DNA of 64,000 bases. Origin: Myxococcota bacterium. Lineage in GTDB: Bacteria > Myxococcota_A > SURF-8 > G963663525. The stretch covers positions 134,746 through 198,745 of the forward strand of contig CAXXVK010000053.1 in NCBI GenBank assembly GCA_963676915.2. Direction: 5' to 3'. The notes below the pieces were generated by a model. That model did not search any database. It had not been told where the DNA came from and saw only the letters and a program-made list of their open reading frames with translations. The first letter of the stretch is position 1; each line of letters opens with the position of its first letter. Shown here one piece after another: positions 43,463 to 51,043 of the stretch. The translations under genes were made by a program, and so were the position numbers.

Positions 43463-44836
43463 GATCTCAAAAAGGTCGTCGGAGGACTCTCCGGCGGCCT
43501 TTTTTCGTCTCGCTTCACGAGTCAATTCCGCAAGAATATCGAAGGGTTGTTTGAATTTAGCGTACAGTTGGCCATCCTTGAAAATGCAGTTCGAGAGTAC
43601 GAAATCCAGCAACGTCCGCTTTTCTTTCGCAGGCTGTTTTACGAACAGTTCATAGGCTCTGTGGGCAAGTTCGAGTATTTCTACGCCTAATTTGAGATAT
43701 TCCTGATCGGACTGCTGATGTCTTGCCAATGCCTCTTCGATTTCCTCCTGCTCGGCACGGATCATCTCGGATTTCTCCAGGAAGAATTCAGGGGTGATGA
43801 TCCCGTTCACTTTGTCGTCGTAAAGGATATGCACCGTCTTCTGCAAGCGGTCGTATTTTGCCTGTAAGTCTTTGATCGTTTCCCGGTGGTATCGCTGTTC
43901 GTCTTTGTGGCTTTGATGAAGCGCTTCGGCAATCCAATCCTGCACGACTTTAGGAACTTGGATGTCCTTCAGCATCTCGGCAAACTGTTCTTCCAGGATC
44001 TCTTCCCGGACGTATTCGATCTTGTGGCTATTTTTATACCCGGTGCAGTGGTAGTAGACGTATTTGTTCTTTTTGATCTCTGCGATCATAGAACAACCGC
44101 AGTGTCCGCAGCGGATCATCCCTGCAAAAGCCCAATTGCGTCTCCCTTTACGTAGTTTGGACTTGTTCTTTCCATCCAGAACATCCTGAACTCGCCGCCA
44201 CAATTCCACCGAGATCAACGGTTCATAGTTTCCTTTGAAAAATTCGTCGTTGTAAACAAAGTCACCTGTGTAAATCCGATTTCGTAGAATTTTCTGGATT
44301 GCACTACGAACGACTTTTCTACCATTCCTCGACCGAAAACCATCCTGGTACGCTTTTTTCGATAAGTCGAGCAGGGAGTATCGACCCGTGGTGTAGTCCT
44401 CGAATAACCGGACGACGTGGGGAGCTCTTTCAAGGTCAGGCACTATATCTGTTTTACCATTCGGTCCTTTAGCGTTTGTGTATCCAAGAGGGGCGTAAGA
44501 AGGCCACATTCCCTGGGCGGCTTTTTCACGTTGGCCCTTCTTCGTTTCCTCGCTAAGGTTGTCGGAGTAGTTTTTCGCCATCAACACTTTGATACTGTGG
44601 ATGAATTTGTCACTGGACTTCGATTCTTTGCTGACTACACTTCCTTCCTTTACGAAATGAATTTCAATATCCATCTGATCGGGGTCCAGTTTCATCCAAT
44701 CATGGAAGTTGCGGTAGAGTCGGTCCGTCTTTTCCACCAGAATCACCCGGCATCGTGTCTCTGGCGATAATTTCTTCTCCTGTTCAAACAGGCTCACGAC
44801 TTTTCCGAAATTCTCACGGCCCTTACTACTTGCCGA
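43421..44836 (-). pseudogene. Large serine recombinase, N-terminally truncated (catalytic YxRxS segment not present)
   Basis: SASSKGRENF, DRLYRN, PLGY, ILRNRIYTG, CGHCG..YYHC Zn ribbon, coiled coil; the C-terminus is read from the tRNA antisense strand. Confidence 0.88.
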
Positions 44837-44976
44837 TCAATTTCAACCAAATCCTCATCGGATTGATTTTGATCGTCAGGAAAGAAAAGGCCGGGATCGC
44901 TTCCGCTTTCACAGGCAAGAAATGAGGAGGCAATAACAATGAAAAGGAGAAAAATCGCTGATATCTTTGCCGTCAC
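44837..44976 (-). pseudogene. 5' fragment of a lipoprotein gene abutting the recombinase remnant
   Basis: GGAAGG RBS, (V)TAKISAIFLLFIVIASSFLAC lipobox and acidic linker, then an abrupt switch to recombinase sequence. Confidence 0.55.
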
Positions 44977-45067
44977 GACGCACCTTCCAAACATAAAAAA
45001 AAGGGGCAACTAGCAACCCGCAGTGCACATCACTAGCGCCCCTCCCTATACGTTTCACATAGGCTTT

Positions 45068-45262
45068 GATTGGTCTCTTCGGATAGGCTTTGAAGAAGGG
45101 ACCAGGCGGAGGCGGCGGGAGGAACGCCCCTCCCGGTTCCGCGAGAACCATCTATAGACCTTCCCCCGCCGCCTTTTGCCGCACACGATTGAGCCGCTAT
45201 CAGATGTCGCGCCGCGAGCGCCCGTGATAAGGCCCTGCCGAACGTGTGCCAGCGCCTGGATG
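45068..45262 (+). ncRNA. Predicted bridge RNA of the second IS110
   Basis: Stems GGCGGCGGG/CCCGCCGCC and GCACACG/CGTGTGC enclosing internal loops that contain CGCCCCTCCC and AGATGTC; boundaries approximate. Confidence 0.75.
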
Positions 45263-45290
45263 GTTTTCATTTTAAGCGAAAGGAGTCCGT

Positions 45291-46783
45291 ATGACCAGTT
45301 TCAAAGAATCGGAGATTTTCGTTGGCCTGGATTACGGCGATTACAAGCATTGCGTCTGTCTCTTTTCTCCGGCGACCCAGGAAACAAAGAGTTTCGAGGT
45401 CGCACATTCGCCGACCGGCATGGCCGAGATGATGAAGCATCTGGCCAACGTGGGCCGGATCGAGGGGATCGCCGTCGAGACGCCCAATCATCTCGTGGTC
45501 GATCAGTTGTTGGCGGAAGGGTTTGCGGTATATCCCGTCAATCCCAAGATGGCCAAAGCCTGGCGCGATGGCTGGGCCGCCCATCCCTCCAAGACCGACG
45601 CCATCGACGCCCGCACGCTGGCGCAAGGTCTCTATCACCACCATGTCGCTCTCAAGCCGCTCGTCCCGGACGATGCCCGCACCCGCGAGTTGGCGATGCT
45701 GTGTCACGACGAGCAGGTGATGATTCAACGCCGATCCGGGCTGGTCAGTCAATTGAAGTACGCATTGAAGGCGTATTACCCGCAAGCCCTCGATTGGTTC
45801 GGCGACTGGACGCGAAAGAGCGCTTGGGAGTTTGTCGAGACGTTTCCGAACCCCGACAAGCTGCGCCGGACAACGAAACCGCGTTTGATCCGTTTTCTGC
45901 GCGAGCATCGTATCGGCATGAAACCGAAATGGGAGAAACTGCTTTCCGATCGGAAGGAATCCGTCCCTGGGTTTTCGACGAGGCCAAAAGCGCCGCCAAG
46001 AAGATGCTGGCCCTGTCGCTGGTCAACCAGTTGAAGGTCTTGCAGGAGAGTCTGGATGCCTACCGCGCTCGGATCGAGGAACTTTACGCCGAGCATGAGC
46101 ATGCCGCGATCTTCGATTCCCTGCCCGGCGTATCGAAAACGCTCGGTCCGCGCCTTCTGGCGCACTTCGGTTCCGATCCTAACCGCTACGATTCCGCCGA
46201 GGCCATCATGCAACTGGCGGGCGTGGCTCCCGTCACGTCGACATCCGGTGTGCGCCATAGGCCTACGGTCAGCTTTCGGCGTTCCTGCCGCACGGATTTC
46301 CGCACGACCATGCATATCATGACCTGGTGCAGCATCATGACCTGTCCGTGGGCTCACGCCTTCTACTATCGTGCTCGCGAGCATGGGCAGTCGCATCCCT
46401 TGGCGTTACGAAACCTCGGCATCAAATGGCTGAAAATCATCTATCGGATGTGGCGGAACAAAGAGCCGTACAACGAAGCGGTGTATCTGAACGCCCTGAT
46501 CCGCAGCGGCTCTCCGCTGATTGATTACATGAACACATCGCGTCCCCATCAGCCGTCGCTACGTGTGCCGGGTCGCAATCCAAGCTTGCCGCACAAGCCG
46601 GACGAACATCCTTGTTTGAAGCCCCCGGAGGAGCCATCCCCGCCCGTCGCCCGCAAAATCAATACAGCACGAGTAAGCCGGATGGGTCAAGGATCGGCGA
46701 AGCCGCACGAGCGAAGCGAGCTTGGCCTTGACGCGTCCGGTGCTCGTGCTACCTCCCCAGTCACGACGGGCGGGTCTCCGTAA
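45291..46783 (+). CDS. IS110 DEDD recombinase (one frameshift near 45967)
   Basis: FVGLDYG, AVETP, KTDAIDA in the first frame; SLPGVS, AGVAPVTSTSG in the second. Confidence 0.88.
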
Positions 46784-47499
46784 CGTTATCGGGGCGGCAA
46801 TGAAAATGTCGGGGATTTTTCCTTGACCTGCGCCATAAGATGTCTACAGAGGCGCACGTGTGGTTAGCACGGCGCGTGAAGGCGGCGTCGTGCACTGCGG
46901 TTTGTCTTGTCCAACGTTCCCAGGTTTTCCGATCACGGGTAACCAATCCGTCAGCCCAAAGGGCAGGAAAACCAAGTTCGATTGGAACACGAGGAGTGTA
47001 TCAAAAAGGATGGCGGGATACAAAGGAAATCGGTGGAGGTGAGACGATGCCTCTAACCGGACAGTTGAAACTGCGTTGAAATTCCGTGTCGGTAACAGTC
47101 GCTCTCAGTGCGTCTCGCACGATAGATGCGTTCTCTCTTCTACTCTCTATACACAAAAACGTATTAAATCAAAACGAAAACCAGGGGCAAAGCAGGGAAA
47201 TCGGGAGGTGAAAATCCGGGCGCGATTTGCAGGGTGAAAATCTGAGGTTAAACAAGGAATTATGCTGATTTATTGACTTATGATTCACCCACAATAATTG
47301 ACATAGCTTTCACAATCTGATCGTTTCTGAGTAAAATGTGTTGATTTTGTATGTTTTATCAACAAATGAACCAACTTGGTGCAAAAAACTACTTGAAAAC
47401 CGGTGAGAAGCTACTAAAATTTTACCCAAGTCGACGTGTGCCTTCCGAATTATTCTTCAGAAGTAAATACCCACTCAAACAAACAAATAGGGGAGAATT

Positions 47500-47639
47500 A
47501 TGCACCAGATACAGGATGTAGATGTGTCTCTATTGTCGCCGTGGGAGGACAATCCAAGGCAGAATGAGGAGGCCGTTAAAGCAGTGGCCAAGAGCATTCA
47601 AACCTTCGGGTTCAACGCACCGATTCTCTGTGATGGGAA
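47500..47639 (+). pseudogene. ParB/Srx-like N-terminal fragment truncated at IS200
   Basis: AGGGGAG RBS; MHQIQDVDVSLLSPWEDNPRQNEEAVKAVAKSIQTFGFNAPILCDG (NPR...SI..FGF..PI signature); GHxR motif lost. Confidence 0.8.
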
Positions 47640-48229
47640 GTCAACGACCCTCGCCTAAAGGCGAGGGCTTGAAGATAGAAGCTGAACGACGACTAAAGTC
47701 ATCGCTCATCTTCTCCCTCGACCCGAAAGTTTTTACCTCCATCCGAAGGAGAGCCCTTCTCCTGCATTCGGATGTATTCCATAATCACTTCATCCGTTAC
47801 GTTCCCACTGCTGGCCACAAAATATCCGCGAGCCCAAAGATGCCGTCCCCAAAAGGCTTTCTGGATGTGACGAAACTCCATCATCAACTTTCGTGACGTT
47901 TTGCCTTTGATCAACTGCATGATCTTGCTCGCCGATAGATTCGGAGGACAAGAGACGAAAAGATGCACATGATCCTTTGATACGTGACCCTCTAAAATTT
48001 CTATCTCATTCGCTTTGCAAATTTCGATGACCAATTCCCGAAGTCGAAGCCCTACTGCTCCACCCAAAACAGCCTTCCGGTATTTCGTAATCCACACAAA
48101 ATGGTACTTCAGATCGAATCGCGTATGCGCACTTGTTCGGTAATTTTCCATGCCTCATAGTAGCAACACACCAAGAGAAAACCTAAAGGTTTCGCCTAAA
48201 GGCGAGGGATTTAAACCCATCGTGGGACA
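47640..48229 (-). mobile_element. IS200/IS605 tnpA-only element, copy 2
   Basis: Direct repeat of 18020-18609 (offset 29620). Confidence 0.92.
47699..48151 (-). CDS. tnpA: IS200 Y1 transposase
   Basis: Protein identical to 18079-18531. Confidence 0.95.
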   Translation of the reverse strand: MENYRTSAHTRFDLKYHFVWITKYRKAVLGGAVGLRLRELVIEICKANEIEILEGHVSKDHVHLFVSCPPNLSASKIMQLIKGKTSRKLMMEFRHIQKAFWGRHLWARGYFVASSGNVTDEVIMEYIRMQEKGSPSDGGKNFRVEGEDER

Positions 48230-48537
48230 TTAAAAATGATGACTGGCTGAAGGAAAAGCATCTGTTACCCTTACAAGGAAGCTATATTGTTGAGGGTAAT
48301 GATATTCGTTTTTTCAATGTTCCAGAAAAACTTGCGGATGTAATCGTTAAACGAATGACAAATTGTGTCAATTGTGGTTATTGTGTGCTAGAATGCCTTT
48401 CTTGTAAGAGTTTCAATCGCAACGAAAAGACGCTTCAAGTTGATGAATGTTACCAATGCCGTAAATGTCTGACGCTAAAATATTGTATGGGTTGGCGTCA
48501 TCGCTTTTGGAGAAGAATTATTGTCACCCAAGAATGA
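48230..48537 (+). pseudogene. C-terminal fragment with ferredoxin-like Cys clusters (possibly the tail of a PAPS-reductase-family protein)
   Basis: Frame open from the IS edge; CVNCGYCVLEC...CYQCRKC...C; low GC; parent family is an inference. Confidence 0.6.
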
Positions 48538-48991
48538 AATAAAATCAGGTTTTCTCTTTCCTCCCGACGATATGGCCGATGTGGTCGAACCCGTTTTCAT
48601 CAGTGCATGTTTGTTGGGTGTACCTACTCGCTGGCACGGACGACGGGCAAAACGGCGGACTACACTGATCGAACGGCTGAAAAAGCGATACATCCTCGTT
48701 CCCGTTTGCCCGGAACAACTGGGCGGCATGTCAACACCTAGAACCGGAGAAACGCTCGAAGGGGCAACCGGAGCGGACGTGCTGGATAAAGGCGTGCGGA
48801 TCATCGCGCCCGAAAATGGCAAGGACGTGACCGCCTATCATGTCAATGGTGCAAAGTATGCACTGGAGTTGGCGCGGATTATCGGCGTAAAACGGGCTTA
48901 CCTTAAAGGCGGTAGTCCTTCTTGCGACAAGGAAGGCGTAGCTGGTGAAGTTCTGATGCGGGCGGGGATCAAGGTCATTCGTGTACCGTAA
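48521..48991 (+). CDS. DUF523 / thiouracil desulfidase (TudS)-family Fe-S protein
   Basis: ISACLLG, VCPEQLGGMSTPR and LKGGSPSC retain the three Cys ligands; alternative start at 48572. Confidence 0.88.
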   Translation: MSPKNEIKSGFLFPPDDMADVVEPVFISACLLGVPTRWHGRRAKRRTTLIERLKKRYILVPVCPEQLGGMSTPRTGETLEGATGADVLDKGVRIIAPENGKDVTAYHVNGAKYALELARIIGVKRAYLKGGSPSCDKEGVAGEVLMRAGIKVIRVP

Positions 48992-49150
48992 TATCTGAAC
49001 GAAAAGCACAAAAAAAAACACAATATCAACCACCCAAAGGAGAAATTCTGCTAGAAAACGCAACGCTTTTCTAATGGAGCAACATCCGATATACTGCGAC
49101 CGGATCGTCAGACGTTGGGAAGCCTACACGGGAGAAAATGCCAGAAAAGC

Positions 49151-50329
49151 ATGACGAGGAAATCTCACGTACAAACGCAGTTTTCGTTTGAATCACCGTC
49201 TCAGTGGCGATTGCCGGAAGCGTACAAACCGGCTTGTCCGGCGCTTCTATCGGTGGAGCGGATCGTTTTTGCACGGGGAGCATTGGATACGCCGGAACGG
49301 CAACGCTACATCGAACGCATCTGCGCGATGTACCCGGAGGCAGAAAGAATCGACCAAACGGATACGCCCCACAGTCGCATTCATCTTGGCGAGGGCGATC
49401 CGTACAAGCGTCATCGCAAAGGTAAAACGACGCTGGTTTTCGGCGTACATAAAAGCGCGGTTCGCAAAAGCGAAGAAGCAGGCAACACCTGTCCCAACTA
49501 CTGGCATTTTTCGCCGACCGGTTTTTGTTTCTACGACTGCCAATACTGCTATCTGGCTGGGACGGCGACCGTCTGGCATTCACCGACGATTCGCGTTTAC
49601 GTGAATCTTGAGGAGATCGTTGCCAAGATCGACCACACGGCCCGAACCCTCGCCACACCAACTGCTTTTTACATCGGAAAGTTGCAGGACGGCTTGTCAC
49701 TCGATCCATTGACCGGTTATTCAAGCGTGCTCGTGCCGTTCTTTGCACGGCATCCGTATGCGCGGCAGGTATTGCTTACAAAGTCGGCGGAAGTGAACCA
49801 ATTGCTGAACCTGGAGCACAACGGCAACACAAATCTTTCTTGGAGCCTTAACCCACCGGAGGTTTCAGAAACCTTCGAGCGAAACTTGCCGACGATCCAA
49901 GAACGGCTGACGGCCATGCAACAGGCATCGGAGGCGGGGTATCCCGTGCGGGCGGTACTGATGCCGATCATTCCCGTTGAGAACTGGCGGGAGAAGTACG
50001 CACGGTTTATCGAGGAACTTCTTTCAACAGTTCCTCTGGCACGTCTGACAATGGGCGGTATTTGCAGCTACAAAGGAGCTACACGCCTGATGGAGCAGAA
50101 ACTCGGCAAAAGCAACCTGATTTCGGAAAACTTCGTTTCCGATACGGAAAGCTCCGATGGCCGCAGGCGCTACCCCTTCGAATTGAGGGTGGAGATGTAC
50201 CGGTATCTGATCGAAACCGCGAGAAGGGTTCAACCCGATCTGGAGTTGGCTCTGTGCCTCGAAGAACCTCTCGTATGGGAAGCCCTCGATTTAGCGGCCA
50301 GCCGAGGTCGTTGCAATTGCGTGTTGTAA
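49151..50329 (+). CDS. Spore-photoproduct-lyase-like radical SAM enzyme
   Basis: GFCFYDCQYCYL (CxxxCxxC), VYVNLEEI, LLTKS, SWSLNP, LCLE. Confidence 0.88.
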   Translation: MTRKSHVQTQFSFESPSQWRLPEAYKPACPALLSVERIVFARGALDTPERQRYIERICAMYPEAERIDQTDTPHSRIHLGEGDPYKRHRKGKTTLVFGVHKSAVRKSEEAGNTCPNYWHFSPTGFCFYDCQYCYLAGTATVWHSPTIRVYVNLEEIVAKIDHTARTLATPTAFYIGKLQDGLSLDPLTGYSSVLVPFFARHPYARQVLLTKSAEVNQLLNLEHNGNTNLSWSLNPPEVSETFERNLPTIQERLTAMQQASEAGYPVRAVLMPIIPVENWREKYARFIEELLSTVPLARLTMGGICSYKGATRLMEQKLGKSNLISENFVSDTESSDGRRRYPFELRVEMYRYLIETARRVQPDLELALCLEEPLVWEALDLAASRGRCNCVL

Positions 50330-50405
50330 ATTTGAATCATTCATAGCACTTAAGCGAAACCTCAAAAACAACCCACCATATCAACCACCCAAAGGAGAAG
50401 TTCTC

Positions 50406-50807
50406 ATGGCAACACAGACGTTTGTCGAAGTTCTGGATGCCTTCAAGGCCAACGAAAAACCGGAATGTGTTTTGATCGTGGCCGATAATCAAGACCTCAT
50501 CAAGATCATCGTAGCCTGGATGAATACGGATGTCTGGCAGGTCAAGAAGATGAGCAAGCCACCGGATAGTTCAGAAGTCGAACGCTGGGATTGGCTATGG
50601 AAGTACACCCACTTTTCTCAACAGGAGTTGATCCGAAAAAGCGCACAATCAAGCTACAGTATTGAGGGAAAACTGGTCTTGTTGATCGGCAATCGCATTT
50701 TGTATCCCGATGGTACGATCAACTCGTTCGTCGAGCGCTACCTGCGCGAGCGTGTTCTGAAACTTTACGATGCCAAGCCGAAGAAGACGAAAAAGAAAGC
50801 AAGTTGA
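50406..50807 (+). CDS. Hypothetical protein (133 aa)
   Basis: AAGGAG RBS; last gene of the co-oriented island cluster. Confidence 0.75.
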   Translation: MATQTFVEVLDAFKANEKPECVLIVADNQDLIKIIVAWMNTDVWQVKKMSKPPDSSEVERWDWLWKYTHFSQQELIRKSAQSSYSIEGKLVLLIGNRILYPDGTINSFVERYLRERVLKLYDAKPKKTKKKAS

Positions 50808-50913
50808 TCCGGTTAAAACAAACCTACTACATGACCACTTGCGCCTCCCGAATCAGCAAGTCCCGGTCCACGCCGGGAGTGGTACAGAAGTTACGGTAGG
50901 CGTCTATTAGCCG

Positions 50914-51004
50914 GTGCCAAATCCCAAAAAGGTCGTCGGAAGACTCTCCGGCGGCTTTTTTTCGTCTTGCTACGGGGTTAATTCTGCAAGGATATCAAAA
51001 GATT
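50914..51004 (-). pseudogene. att core plus 3' remnant of a second, related serine recombinase
   Basis: Degenerate copy of 43457-43550; translates FDILAELT...ARRKKAAGESSDDLFGIWH. Confidence 0.8.
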
Positions 51005-51043
51005 ACCACCATGTGGGGTTCACTGACCTTCAAATCAGCCATA

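Larger units (their letters stand above)
45046..46845 (+). mobile_element. Second IS110-family element
   Basis: CT core at 45046-45047 and 46844-46845; TTGACC at 46823 near the right end; internal guides match the flank and the donor. Confidence 0.85.
43463..50919. mobile_element. Genomic island 1 integrated at the tRNA-Arg 3' end
   Basis: GTGCCA core at 43457-43462 and 50914-50919, each followed by homologous recombinase 3' sequence. Confidence 0.75.

Noticed and set aside
45176-45970. N-terminal part of the 535-aa ORF as real protein, or a programmed frameshift
   Set aside because: The DEDD domain is in the 45291 frame; the shift lies in a short C run with no slippery heptamer, and IS110 genes are not known to need one
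49151-50329. Bona fide splB / sporulation gene
   Set aside because: The Cys141-equivalent appears absent, there is no splA or sporulation context, and the gene lies in island cargo
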